The notes under the pieces were generated by a model. That model did no database searches. It was not told where the DNA came from and worked only from the letters and a program-made list of their open reading frames with translations. Shown here in pieces: positions 36,887 through 50,235 of a stretch of DNA of 64,000 bases. Position numbers and translations under genes: made by a program. Origin of the DNA: Octopus sinensis (Eukaryota); contig NC_042998.1 in the NCBI RefSeq assembly GCF_006345805.1, forward strand, positions 25,234,001 to 25,298,000. Reading direction: 5' to 3'. Every line of letters starts with the position of its first letter. Positions within the stretch are counted from its first letter, which is position 1.

Positions 36887-37019
36887 GGGATGATGGCAAT
36901 GGAAGACCTGGCAACAGCAACCATGACTGACTCAGACATTCACATGTGGCCAAAGCAACCGCATGTTCTACATGAGGATTGGTCTCATTAGGCACATTTG
37001 CAACTGGACTTAATGGTCT
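36887..37019 (+). repeat. Second copy of the 133-bp segment
   Basis: See 34569-34701. Confidence 0.92.
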
Positions 37020-37192
37020 CTCTTTACTCTTTTACTCTTTTACTTGTTTCAGTCATTTGACTGCGGCCATGCTGGAGCACCACCTTTAGTCGAGCAAATC
37101 GACCCCGGGACTTATTCTTTGTAAGCCCAGTACTTATTCTATCGGTTTCTTTTGCCGAACTGCTAAGTGACGGGGACGTAAACACATCAGCA
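37020..37192 (-). mobile_element. SINE family A 3' part
   Basis: Reverse-complement tail. Confidence 0.8.
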
Positions 37193-37195
37193 TTC

Positions 37196-37348
37196 ACAAA
37201 ATAACAAAAGTCAAAGACAGGTTGTATAGACAACAAACAGATGTATTAGTTTAATGCCCAGGAAGTGAAAAAGTCTTTAATGTTTCGAGCCTAGGCTCTT
37301 CTACAGAAAGGGACACAGAAAGAAACAGGGAGAGAAAATAAAGAATGT
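37196..37348 (-). mobile_element. Hammerhead-variant element, copy 2 of 3
   Basis: CTTT-CTGTAGA-A-GAGC-CTAG-GCTC-GAAAC-ATT-AAAG at 37275-37310. Confidence 0.7.
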
Positions 37349-37855
37349 ACACACATACACACACACGCACACACACACATGCACACACACACACACACAC
37401 ACACATACACACACACACTGACCTGAAGACAATGCAAATATTTTTGAGTATGATCACTCAGTTACACACACTAATGTTTTTATTGCTGTCCCCTCATTGG
37501 TTCATGGCTTTCACATTCCATTCCCACTTACCATCTTCATTCTTCCATCTTATATCTTCCCTCCTCTACTCAGTCTCTTTATTTCTCTCTTCCTTTCCTT
37601 TCTTTCTCTTTCCTTTAGTTCTTTTTTTTTCCAACTCATCACTTCTTTTTCCCCTTTTTCTCTTTATCTGACTTCCATTCACCTCATATTTATTGCATCT
37701 TTTCATCCCCATTTCCTATGCCCGCATCATTTATTAACATTCTTCTGCTTGGGTTTCAGCAAAATGCCATAACTCCAATGAAAATAGCATTAATTCTTTA
37801 AGGTCATTCAGTTTTTCTTGACCGATTGAGTAAATGAGGGGTGGAGAAATGTCTG

Positions 37856-37879
37856 TCTCTCTCTCTCTCTATCTATCTA

Positions 37880-37922
<43 letters not shown>

Positions 37923-37945
37923 TTATCTATCTATCTGCCTGTCTG

Positions 37946-37990
<45 letters not shown>

Positions 37991-38013
37991 TTATCTATCT
38001 ATCTGCCTGTCTG

Positions 38014-38059
<46 letters not shown>

Positions 38060-38185
38060 AATCTATCTATCTATCTATCTATCTATTTATCTATCTATCA
38101 ATCTATCTATCTATCTACCTATCTATCTCTTTATCTATCTAATTATCTATTTATCTATCTATTTATCTATCTATCTGCCTGTCTG

Positions 38186-38260
<75 letters not shown>

Positions 38261-38310
38261 GCCTATCTATCTATTTGTCTACCTGTCTGTCTATCTATCT
38301 ATCTATATCT
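37856..38310. repeat. (TCTA)n array with recurring variant blocks
   Basis: The ATTTATCTATCTATCTGCCTGTCTG block recurs three times. Confidence 0.95.
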
Positions 38311-38586
38311 AAACACACACACACACAACAGGCCTCTTTCAGTTTCCATTTATCAAATTCACACACAGAGCCATGTGTCATACATTGGAACCGAACCCAA
38401 AGCCATATGGTTGGGAAGCACACTACTTAATCAACCACACTGCCACACACACACATGCATCAAAGAAGTTATATCAAATTTCTATTTATATCCTACCTCA
38501 TGTTCTCCAACAGAGAAAAAGAAAGTAAGTGCTTACAAACTTGTATAGGTATCTGTGAAAATAACATCTACAAGAGCAGTTATTTC

Positions 38587-39415
38587 TTTTCTACACACAA
38601 GGCCTGAAATTTTGGGAGAGGGGGCCAGTTGATTAGATCGACCTACGTGCGCAACTGGTACTTAATTTATCAACCCCAAAAGGATAAAAGGCAAAGTCGA
38701 CCTCAACAGAATTTGAATCCAGAACGTAAAGACAGATGAAATACTGCTAAGCATTTCACTCGGCATGCTAATGTTTCTGCCAGTTCACCACCTTCCTACT
38801 CTTTTTTTATTATAAGTATCCTTTTCTACTCTAGGCACAAGGCCTGAAATTTTGGGGGAGTGGTGGGGGTAGTTGATTAGATCGATCCCAGTATACAACT
38901 GGCACTTAATTTATTGACCCTGAAAGGATGGAAGGTAAAGCTGACCTCGGCGAAATTTGAACTCAGAACATAAAGACAGATGAAATACCTCTAAGCATTT
39001 CACCCGGCATGCTAACATTTCTACCTGCTCATCGCCTTTAATTATATTCTCTTCTGCTCTAGGCACAAGGCCTGTAATTTTGGGTGAGGCAGGGCCAGTC
39101 AATTAGATCGACCCAGTATGCAACTGATACTTAATATATCGACCTCGAAAGGATGAAAGGCAAAGTCGACCTCAGTGGAATTCGAACTCAGAACGTAAAG
39201 ACAGGCGAAATACTGCTAAGCATTTCGCCCAGCTTGCTAATGTTTCTGCCAGCTCACCACTTACTTCCTCTTTGTTTAGTATAAATGTTCTTTTCTACTC
39301 TAGGCACAAAGCCCAGAATTTTGTGGGAGGTGGGGCAAGTTGATAGGATCGACCCTATACACAACTGGTACTTAATTTACAAACACTGAAAGGAGGAAAA
39401 GCAAAGTCCACCTTA
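38587..39415 (-). mobile_element. Tandem cluster of four SINE family B copies
   Basis: Each starts near CACAAGGCCTGAAATTTTGG and carries the B core. Confidence 0.82.
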
Positions 39416-40182
39416 TCCAGTTAGGACAAAATTGTCCTATTTACACTTTACACATTGACATGAATCTGCACCTACCAGCTAAGATGATAACTCATCTGGT
39501 GATGAGGATGACATTCCAAATTCTAAAGCATATATTTTTCTACCTTTTGATACAGTGACCAGCTGTATGATTTATAGGTAAAATTACATATGGTCCGAAC
39601 TCCTGAAACAAAACATCAATACCAATTTATTTGTTAGGTTTGACTGAAGTATGTAATTACATGTGAAAAAAATATATACAAATAGATAAACAGATAGCTT
39701 AGGAAGTAAACATTTCTATTAAGTTTTATTTAATGTTTGAAATATATAGGAAAAAATACTGTTTCCACTTTTTCTATAATAATATATCCAATGTTAGCAT
39801 TTCAAAATACTACAAACAAATCTTTTGTGATTCACATTGAAATATTTTATTAATACATTTTCTATATTGATATATTCTATAGTTATTCATTTAATATCAC
39901 TTAAATAATGATTTAATAGTGTTAAATATTTTATAGTACATTTAAAAGTCAACTCCCTTTCTTTATAGATATTTTTGAACTAAAATCTACAACGCCTGTA
40001 TTGTATCACATAATTTCAAATTAATTTGTTGCTTTGAGGCCAATGTTTTATAATTTATTTGCAAAGCAAGAGCCAATGTTTTAGAATCCTGACTTAGAAA
40101 TTATAAATTAGTGTTTATCCTGCTGGTTATCCTAGTTTTGTCAAGCTAAATGGTAGTAGAAAATCATCTGAGTGTTGTTTAA

Positions 40183-40681
40183 CCCTTTCGTTACCATATT
40201 TATTTTGAGATGCCGTGTGTTTCTTTCCATTAATTTTAAATCATCATCATCGTTTAACGTCCGTTCTCCTTGCTAGCATGGGTTGGACGGTTCGACCGGG
40301 GATCTGGAAGCCAGAAGGCTGTACCAGGCTCCAGTCTGATCTGGCAGTGTTTCTACAGCTTGATGCCCTTCTTAATGCCAACCACTCTGTGAGTGTAGTG
40401 GGTGCTTTTTACATGCCACCTGCACAGGTGCCAAGCGAGGCTGGCAACGGCCATGATCAGATTGGTGCATTTTACATGCCACCGGCATGGAAGCCAGTCA
40501 AGGCGGCGCTGGCATCAGCCAACAAAGAATTTAGTAAAATAACTTAGTTATCACTAAGCTAGTGTTAGGAACATAAATTGTGACTAAGGTTTGGTGGAAG
40601 ATTTTAATTCAGTACTTTTGAAAACAAGACATTTGTACTACAGAGCCAGAAGTGGTTTCAGGTGGATTGGTACCGAAAGGG
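40183..40681. mobile_element. piggyBac-type MITE with a nested family C insertion (40241-40520)
   Basis: TTAA|CCCTTTCGTTACC ... GGTACCGAAAGGG|TTAA. Confidence 0.85.
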
Positions 40682-40701
40682 TTAAATTAATCATTTGCTA
40701 A

Positions 40702-40922
40702 CCTTTTGTTACCATATTTCTGTTGAGATGTTCTGTGTTTCTTTCAATTAATTTTAGATATAATAAGGAATTTAGTAAAATAACTTAGTTATCATTCAGC
40801 TGGTGTTAGGAATATAAATTGTGACTAAGGTTTAGTAGAAGATTTTCATTCAAAACTTATGGAAACAAGACATTTGTACTACAGAGCCAGATGTGGTTTC
40901 AGCCAGGTTAGTAATGAAAGGG
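40702..40922. mobile_element. Second tandem copy of the same piggyBac MITE
   Basis: Colinear with the uninterrupted parts of 40183-40681; ends GAAAGGG|TTAA. Confidence 0.82.
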
Positions 40923-41518
40923 TTAAATATGCTTCTTTGGAAATAACTACTCAATTTTCATTTCTCAATCTTTCAATCTTTTATCTTTTGGTTGTTTTAG
41001 TCATTAGGCTGTGGTCATGCTGGGGCACCATTTTGAAGAATTTTAGTTAAATGAATCAACTCCAGTACTTTCTTCTTAAGCCTGGTATTTATTCTATTGG
41101 TCTCTTTTGCTGAACCACTAACTTACAGGGATGTAAACACACCAACACTAGTTGTTAAGCAATGGTTGGGGGACAAACACAAACAGAAAGACACACATAC
41201 ACACACACACACACATATACGATGGGTTTCTTTCAGTTTCTGTCTTCCAAATTCACTCACCAGGCTTTTGGTAAGCCCAAGGCTATAGAAGAAGACACTT
41301 GCTCTAGGAGCCATGTAGCAGGACTGAACCAGGAACCTTGTGGCTGGAAAGCAAACATTTACCAAACAGCCACTCCTGCAGCAAATTTTAAAATGACAAA
41401 CCAATGAAGGTACCTTCACATAACATGCTCAGCCTGTTAATAAAACAGTTAATTCTTTGTTGGTATTTGTCCTTTGTTTATTGTTTTTGGAGGGTTTTTC
41501 AAATACAATTTCAGTACA

Positions 41519-41908
41519 TCTATATATATAAAGCTGAAGTTGTCTGTGTGTGGCAGGTTTGGTAGCCTTCAACTAACACTATCTCCTCCGAGACCCTGTG
41601 GAGTAAGTTGACCAAAATTGAGAGTATGATAGAAGAAGGCTTGCTCTTCATTCTGTAGAAGATAAAATTCAAAGCAGACCATGTTAACACCAAAAATTAT
41701 TTACATCAGAAAGGTGCTTTTTTTCTATGAAAATCACTATTTTTTACGATTTTTTTACTGCTGTGTCGCCATTTGTCGATGTATTTCAACCAGAAAAATG
41801 TTCACTTAAAGAGAATAACAAGCTACACAATGCAAAATTTTTACTTTTCAAAAATTCCGATTCTAAAGGGTCGAAACAAACCCGAGCAACGCCAGGCGAT
41901 ACCACTAG
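41519..41908 (+). mobile_element. Non-autonomous Helitron-like element
   Basis: A|TC start, CCCGAGCAACGCCAGGC hairpin, CTAG|T end, no TSD. Confidence 0.85.
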
Positions 41909-42240
41909 TTTAACTATAAGTGTATATATATTCAGAGGGACAAAGCCACAAAATGTAAACGAAATGTTCTAATGCATAAATCTTTTCAATGTTCAGCTAA
42001 CTAAATAATGATGTTCAACTAACTAAATTTACTCAGATTCAGAGAAGCATGGGAAATATTTCACAATATCCAAAATTCTAGGTTACAGACACTCAAGAAT
42101 GTATTCACATTGTCATGAATAACACACTAAGCCAGCAATAAAGTTGAATAAATTTCAAACATTGGATTTAACTATTTCAAGACTGTCCCTGTTCCTGTAA
42201 TAGTAAATGATATAAATTATTACCTTCCATCAAAATTTTA

Positions 42241-42640
42241 TACTCTTTACTCTTTTACTTGTTTCAGTCATTTGACTGTGGCCATGCTGGAGCATCACCT
42301 TTAATCGAGCAACTCAACCTCGGGATTTATTGTTTTGTAAGCCCTGTACTTATTCTATCGGTCTCTTTTGCCGAACCACTAAGTAACGGGGACATAAACA
42401 CACAAGCATCGGTTGTCAAGCAATGCTAGGGGGACAAACACAGACACACAAACACACACACGCATATATATATACATATATACGACGGGCTTCTTTCAGT
42501 TTCCGTCTACCAAATCCACTCACAAGGCCTTGGTCCGCCCGTGGCTATAGTAGAAGACACTTGCCCAAGGTGCCACGCAGTGGGACTGAACCTGGAACCA
42601 TGTGGCTCGTAAACAAGCTACTTACCACACAGCCACTCCT
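42241..42640 (-). mobile_element. SINE family A, full length
   Basis: Tail to head. Confidence 0.87.
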
Positions 42641-43554
42641 GTTAATTTTTGGTCCAAACATCAGCTTAAAATTGACAAATTTTATTTCGTTTTGGGATTT
42701 GGTTTGCAAGATTCTTTATATGAATTCGTGTGTTGAAGCATATTCTGTTGTGTCTGGGGAGAGTCATTTTCTTTTTGTACTTTATTATGTAACACACTCA
42801 CCGGTAAAATTTCCACGTTTTTCTTATTTTTATTGTCCTAAAATTTTCGTTGCATCTTGCAATCTTCTCAATAGTTTTGACTCTCCCCAGACACAATAGA
42901 ATGACAAATTTATTTTACTAAATTCTTTACTTTCAGATTAATTGAAACAGAGGGAAAGTATTCCAACCAAAATGTGGTAATGAACGGGTTAAAGATATAC
43001 ACATATTTTAGGAAATACAATGTTAGTTTTCGACTACATTCTTGCATGTTGATTATTAATGAATTTGAATGTTGTCTGAGAATGAAAGTTACTCTGAAGA
43101 AGAGAAGCAAGATTGATTCCATTGAAGCAGCATTTTTGATGTTGAACCTTAAACCAAATGAAATGCAAATTGCTCATCCAAATCTCGAGTCGATTTGAAT
43201 TGAAGCCATTCAGTCTCTTCGACTTGAATTTTAACATTGAATTTCCACTGAGGCAATCACAGCAACAGAAGTGATGATAGGGCAGTTTCAGAATTATTAA
43301 ATTTCCTCACAGTTGCAATCATAAGTAATGTTAGTCATAAGTTTTAGGTCTTTTACAAGCGTTCAAGCTTATTGCGTCAGAGTTTATCCTTGCACCCATA
43401 GTGTATAAGCAACGAACGGTAAAATACTCATCCCTAGGCAGTATGGCAATTGGTCACCATATTAAGCCTCAACAATTACTGGTACTCGTTTTTAACTAAG
43501 TAGAAAGTAGCAGTGCTTCTGATCAAAAACTTGCTTCGTTATGACTCATTAGAA

Positions 43555-43773
43555 CAGTGCTTTTCAACCTTTTTGCTGGAGTGGAACCCGAAGAAAACAT
43601 TTCACAGGCTCGAGGAACCCCTGTGCAATAATTTAATTGTCTTGTGCACACATATCTGCACAGGAGAATTAAAAATTACAATCGATTTTAGCATTTTTGT
43701 AACTTCTTGCGGAACCCCTGGACTGTACTGGCGGAACCCTAAGGTTCCGCGGAACCCTGGTTGAAAATCACTG
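43555..43773. mobile_element. hAT (Charlie-like) MITE
   Basis: TIRs CAGTGCTTTTCAACC and GGTTGAAAATCACTG; perfect 8-bp TSD CATTAGAA. Confidence 0.92.
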
Positions 43774-44138
43774 CATTAGAAGATAAACCAACCAACATGA
43801 ATGAGCTGCATGTTTGAAATAGTTACCTACGCTATGATTCTATAAAAACAGATTTTTCCATGTGGGTACTTCTTTGAATACACAGGTGAACATTCTCTTT
43901 CTTTTCTTGTTATTTTATACAAGTTTCCATCATTGAAATAGGAGTATGTGGGGATCTCTTTCAGCAGGTTTTAGTCAATCATATCACTACCAATATTTTA
44001 TTACTTGCTTTATTGACCTTAGAAGAGTGAAAGCACAGTTGACCAGGTAGAATTTGAACTCAGAATGCAAAGGTGTGTAACGAAATATGACACTTTACCA
44101 ATTTTGTCAATCCACACCCCTCTCTCCTTAAATAGTCA

Positions 44139-44529
44139 CTCGCAGTATCGCCCGGCGTTGCTCGGGCTTGTTTCGACCCTTTAGAATTGGAATTTTTGAA
44201 AAGTAAAAATTTTGCATTATGTAACTTGTTATTCTCTTTAAGTAAACATTTTCCTGGTTGAAATACACCAAAAAATGGCAACACAGCAGTCAAAAAATTG
44301 TAAAAAATGGGGATTTTCATAGAAAAAAAAGCACCTTTTTGATGTAAATAATTTTTGATCTTAATATGGTCTGCTTTTAATTCTATCTCCTACGGAATGA
44401 AGAGCAAGCCTTCTTCTATCATACTCTCAATTTTGGTCAACTTAAGCCGCAGGGTCTTGGAGGAGATAGTGTTAGTTGAAGGCTACCAAACCTGCCATAC
44501 ACAGACAACTTCAGCTTTATATATATCGA
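44139..44529 (-). mobile_element. Non-autonomous Helitron-like element, inverted sister of 41519-41908
   Basis: Reverse-complement homology along the full length; same 3' hairpin. Confidence 0.85.
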
Positions 44530-45206
44530 TTAAGTAATGAAATATGGAAGACGATTAATCTGCTACAGTTGTTATAGAATATGACTAGATAAAGCAACTA
44601 CTTTGATAATAATCCAAAGACTTCAACTTGAGCAAAAAAATAAGAGAGACAGGGAAAAGTATGGTTCCATCATTATCCACTTAATATTTCCTTACAACTT
44701 ATTTTGAGATAATGATGGGGTAAAAAGCTAAGAAAAATATATGAAATAGAAAGAAAAAGAAACCAGATAACAAAATATGTAAATATCTGTTTTTCTGTTC
44801 TAATGCAGGAAATCTAATTTTAGTGATGTGAATTATATAATATTAAAGTTTTCTTTTTTTCAATTCGTTCTCTTCCTTTTATGTATAGGGCTTCTTTTTT
44901 TTTTTTTTATAAATATAAGAAACATCTATTTGAGGGAAAACATTAAAAATAACAGAACACTTTATCTTATTTAGAATAATTAACATATCTACAAGCATTT
45001 AAACTAAAAGTCAGTAAATAAAGACTTGAAAAAAAATAGATTTGAAAAGCAAATTGAATAACATCAGTAATCTTTATCAACTACAAGTACATCAAAAATA
45101 ACTATCACAACAACAGCTACAACAACATTAACTTAAAAAAAAAAGATGTTGAAATATTAAATTATTCTGATTACTTTTTAAAGAGGGATAGAGTGTATTG
45201 AAAAAA

Positions 45207-45219
45207 ATGTGTGTGTGTG

Positions 45220-45281
<62 letters not shown>

Positions 45282-45301
45282 TACACATGTGTATTCATAT
45301 G

Positions 45302-45339
<38 letters not shown>

Positions 45340-45376
45340 ACACATGAGTATTTGTATATCTATATATATATATACA

Positions 45377-45441
<65 letters not shown>

Positions 45442-45542
45442 TACATACACACATGTATATATGCATATATATATATACTTATATATATACATGCATATAT
45501 ATACATATATATATATATATAGCTAAACATATGTACGTGTAT

Positions 45543-45602
<60 letters not shown>

Positions 45603-45760
45603 GTACATAGGCAGATCAATAGTATGTTCTCTCAGTCTGTGTATGTACATACACATGACATATATACAGACACGACAGACAGTTGTACACACATACATAT
45701 ACACACATACTTACCCACACATAGAGACATACATGCATGCATGCATACATACATACACTA
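45207..45760. repeat. Long compound (TA)n/(TG)n/(CA)n microsatellite
   Basis: Direct reading. Confidence 0.95.
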
Positions 45761-46231
45761 ACAACAGAAACTTCCTAAATTTCGTAATTAAAATCTTCCA
45801 AAATTATGTTCATATCATAAGAACTTCTCAGAATTGATAAATTCTTCTGTCTGCTATAAAGATGTAAATTCCAGAGAGTTTTAGAATATAAATAATGTAT
45901 ATAAAGATTATGCTTAAAGTGGTAATTCTCTCACTTGATTAAACTGATTGCTTTTTACTGTAAATTGTATTTAAAGATATTGAATTTGGTGCAGTCAATA
46001 ACATATTGAGAAAGTAAAATAACTCTGTAAATAAACAAAATTCCGGATTTCTTTTTTTTTCTTTTTTCTTTTTAATAGCTTATTACCACTTTGTTTAATT
46101 TTCTCAAAGATCACGAATGGAGAATATAAACCATTGACTTATAGAATTATGTTTTATATTTTAAATGTGTAAACAAGAGTAAAAATAGAATTCTTTGTGT
46201 TCACTTTTGATGAACATTCACAGATAAATAT

Positions 46232-46830
46232 AGGTGCAGGAGTGGATGTGTGATAAGAAGCTACATTCCCAACCACATGGTTCTGGGTTCAGTCCCACAG
46301 TGTGGCACCTTGGGCAAGTGTCTTCTGCTATAGCTTCAGGCTGACCAAAGCCTTGTGAGTGGATTTGGTAGATGGAGAAACTGAAAGAAGCCTGATAGAT
46401 CAGTAGCCACTACACACGTTTTTTTTTCTCTCCTTGTTTTGTTTCTGCATCCCTTTCTGTAGAAGAGTGTAGGCTCGAAACATAAAATACTTTTTCAATT
46501 CCTGAGTATTATACTAATACATCTGTTTGTTTTCTACACCACCTGTCTTCGTCTTTTGTTTTTTTCGTGAACTCTCCCTATATATTTTTATATATATATT
46601 TATGTGTGTGCGTGTGTGTTTGTGTGTGTGTGTGTGCCTGTGTTTGTCCCCTATCACTGCTTGATAACCGGTGTTGATGTGTTTACATCCCCATAACTTA
46701 GTGGTTCAGCAAAACGGATCGATAGAATAACTACTAGGCTTACAAAAATAAAAATACTGGAGTCCATTCACTCAACTAAAAATTACTCGAGGCAGTGCTC
46801 CGGCATGGCTGCAGTCTAATGACTGAAACC
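46232..46830 (+). mobile_element. SINE family A variant interrupted at its internal microsatellite
   Basis: Head at 46232-46392; tail resumes near 46600. Confidence 0.7.
46402..46580 (+). mobile_element. Hammerhead-variant element, copy 3 of 3
   Basis: CTTT-CTGTAGA-A-GAGT-GTAG-GCTC-GAAAC-ATA-AAAT at 46453-46488. Confidence 0.7.
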
Positions 46831-46878
46831 TGTAGACATTAAGAAAAAAAAGAAACACCACCACCTATAACATATGTA

Positions 46879-47275
46879 GGCACAGGAGTGGCTGTGTGGT
46901 AAGTAGCTTGCTTACCAACCACATGGTTCCAGGTTCAGTCCCACTGCGTGGCATCTTGGGCAAGTATCTTCTACTATAGCCTCGGGCCAACCTTGTGAGT
47001 GGAGTTGGTAGATGGAAACTGAAAGAAGCCTGTCATATATATATGTATATATGTGTGTGTATGTGTGTGTATATGTTTTTGTCTCTGTGTTTGTCTCCCC
47101 CAACATTGCTTGACAACTGATGGTGATGTGTTTATGTCCCCTTAACTTAGAGGTTTGGCAAAAGACACTGATAGAATAAGTACTAGGCTTACAAAGAATA
47201 TGCCCTGGGGTCGATTTGCTCCCGGAACCATGTGGTTGGTAAGCAAGCTACTTACCACAGAGCCACACCTGCGCC
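46879..47275. mobile_element. Chimeric SINE A: forward copy fused to an inverted head
   Basis: Junction GATTTGCT|CCCGGAACC at 47220/47221. Confidence 0.8.
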
Positions 47276-48443
47276 TAAGCTGTAACATTCTTGCTTGCTT
47301 CCATTGTTTACGGCAGTGCTTGGAAGAAAAGTGTTTAGAGTTTGGTTGTCCCCCCAAACTTGGGTTTCAGCTATGCAAGATCTTCTTAATTATGTCAAGT
47401 AAGACAAAAATATTTTCTAACATGATCATAACATTGCTAACAAAAGGTAATATTTATCTCCCATTTAAAGTGGATGTTGTTAGAACATAGAATACAGCAC
47501 TGTTTAACATGAGAGAACCTCTCATATGGGCTTGTGGTGCAGAAAAGCATTTGTGTTTATATTGCTGATGGGCAATAATTGTCCACTGCAGCCACCAAAA
47601 TTTCCAGATCATATGATTTTACACTTCCCTTGGCTTCACAGTGGCAGAGGTCACTCTAGACATAGCAACCGATTCCCCCATCAGTGACATATAGAATCTT
47701 AGTGTCTATTCAGGCACTGGTATCAGAAATAGCCAGTGGGATTCTTAAAAGATAGCTTGCAACAGATGGTGAATCAGGAGTCTATGGCCATGTTCTTGAA
47801 ACCAGGGCTCAGTCTTTGCAGCATAAAATCCCAACAAGATTTTAAACTACAAGGAAATCCAAGAGAATGCCATAAGACAGCTACTCACTATCTCAAAAGT
47901 GTAGTTCGAAGAATGTTTCCAAAAATGGAAACAATGCTGGATAAAGGTTATGGTTTCAGAAGGGGACCAATTTAAAGGGAAATTAAAAACTGAATTGGTA
48001 AGTATTGTAGTTCAATTTTTATAGCCCCGATTCGGATGCTTTTTGATCTGACCTCATATTTATCAATCCCAGAATGTTGAAAAGGTTGACTTTGATGGGA
48101 TATAAACTCAGAATGCAAAAAGCCAAAACAAATATTTAACCAACGAACTACTAATATGATTCAACCAATCCACAACCCGGAGGCTGTAACATATTGGTTT
48201 CATGCAGAAGAAACAAAAGCAGAACTTGATTGAAAATGGAGTTGTCAAACAGAGTATGGTGAATAGTATTTGTAAGATAAAGTTGAAGACTGTTTTATCA
48301 TATAAATGTCATAAGTATACCAGTATTTATAAATAGAGTATGATATATAAAGCAGATTTAGAACAGATGCTTATTTTATTCTGTTGGAATGTTTCAATAA
48401 CAGCCAAACACATGCACAAACACACACCACACACACACACACA

Positions 48444-48474
<31 letters not shown>

Positions 48475-48593
48475 TGCACACACACATGCACACATACACA
48501 CAAAACTTCTGCACATTTTTATTGCTATTGTTCCAATGTATATAATTTCTGCACTTATTTTTATACCTATCAATTATATATACATACATACGC

Positions 48594-48645
<52 letters not shown>

Positions 48646-49269
48646 CAATAAGAAAATGGAGAACACTAGGTGGTTCATCAACTTTTAGACATTATATTAT
48701 GTTAACTTATTTATATATTTACTAAACTGATAATTACAATAATATACATACATATAACATATTATGCTTTACATAAAAGATATAAAATATAGTAATATAT
48801 TAGGATACCAGTAATTATTATAAAAAACATGAATATATTTAAATTTTGTATTTTGTATCTTTTCACTTGTGTTGCTTGTTTACATTCTGGCGTTTGCTAA
48901 ATTTTCTTGAGATCATTTCTTTCTTAGTGGTAAGACCATAGCGGATCTTCTTCTAGCATAATGGATGTCCACTTACAGGCCATCCCTTTTATATGTATGT
49001 AATATAATTTTTTCTGAAACTTCAGATTTTTCAATATGCTAGACCACTGGTTTTAAATTGATGTTAATCAAATTAATATTCAATTTTTCACCCTTATTAT
49101 TTTATGTGTATATATATATATATCTATATATATATCTAATATCAAGAGAGAAAAAGTGTGAAAGAGAGAGAGAAAAAGAAAGAGATATAGATAGATATAG
49201 AAATGTTTATTAGAAACATGTCTATCTGCTCTATGCAGCATATTAAGTTCTGTATTTGATAATGTTAGA

Positions 49270-49277
49270 ATTATGTA

Positions 49278-49356
<79 letters not shown>

Positions 49357-49405
49357 GTGTGTGTGTGTGTGTCTGTGTGTGTGTGGTGTGTGTGTGTGTG
49401 TGTTG
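49270..49405. repeat. (TG)n microsatellite
   Basis: Direct reading. Confidence 0.95.
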
Positions 49406-49504
49406 TATGCACGTGCACCACAAGTCAATATGAAACATTCTCTCATGGTAACTATTGCACAATTCTGTGTCCTGACACAACATCCACTTTAAGTGGGTGA
49501 TAAA

Positions 49505-49900
49505 TATTGGTTTCAAATTCTGGCACAAGGCCAGGAATTCGGAGTAGAGGGGATGTGTCGACTTCATCGACCCTAGTGTTCAACTGGAACTTAATTTATT
49601 GACCCCCAAGAGGATGAAGAGCAAAGTCGACCTTGGCAGAATTTGAACCCAGAACAGGCAGACAGATGAAATACCTATTTCTTTACTACCCACAAGGGGC
49701 TTAACACAGAGAGGACAAACAAGGACAGACAAACGGATTAAGTCGATTATATCGACCCCAGTGTGTAACTGGTACTTAATTTATCGACTCTGAAAGGATG
49801 AAAGGCAAAGTCAACCTCGGCGGAATTTGAACTCAGAATGTAACGGCAGACGAAATACCGCTAAGTATTTTGCCCAACGTGCTAACATTTCTGCCAGCTA
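49505..49900 (-). mobile_element. SINE family B dimer
   Basis: Core occurs twice. Confidence 0.82.
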
Positions 49901-50235
49901 ATCTAATGTTTTCTCATCTGTCTTTAACATGCCCACTTTATATTTGTTTAATATGAGTACAGACAAATGCATACTGTTACCCATACATCCAAACAAATGC
50001 ATAAGGATGATGAATATTTCCATAGATATATTCACACGTAGATATGGAAAAACCATAAGATAGAAGAGGAAGAAGAGAGGAGGTCTAGCGAGTAACAATG
50101 GTGGTGGCAGTAGAGATGATTGTTATAAAAACAAAAAGGGAAATATATTTTTAGCAATTGTTAATTTGTTTTTTATTTAAAGTTCATGGAAGAATGTAGA
50201 CTTGGATATTTACAATAGGGTATATTAAGTATATT

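Noticed and set aside
43034-43270. Open frames on the minus strand that might be an exon
   Set aside because: No recognisable domain and no convincing splice-site pair.
45209-45837. Many ORFs with [16 protein letters not shown], poly-I/N/M/Y content (also 16923, 25258, 37841, 49080, 55848)
   Set aside because: They are translations of microsatellites, not genes.
47490-47900. GC-richer tract with faint gypsy RNase H-like words (YDLEILVAAV, HHKPI) on the minus strand
   Set aside because: Too many stops and frameshifts; not supportable by eye.
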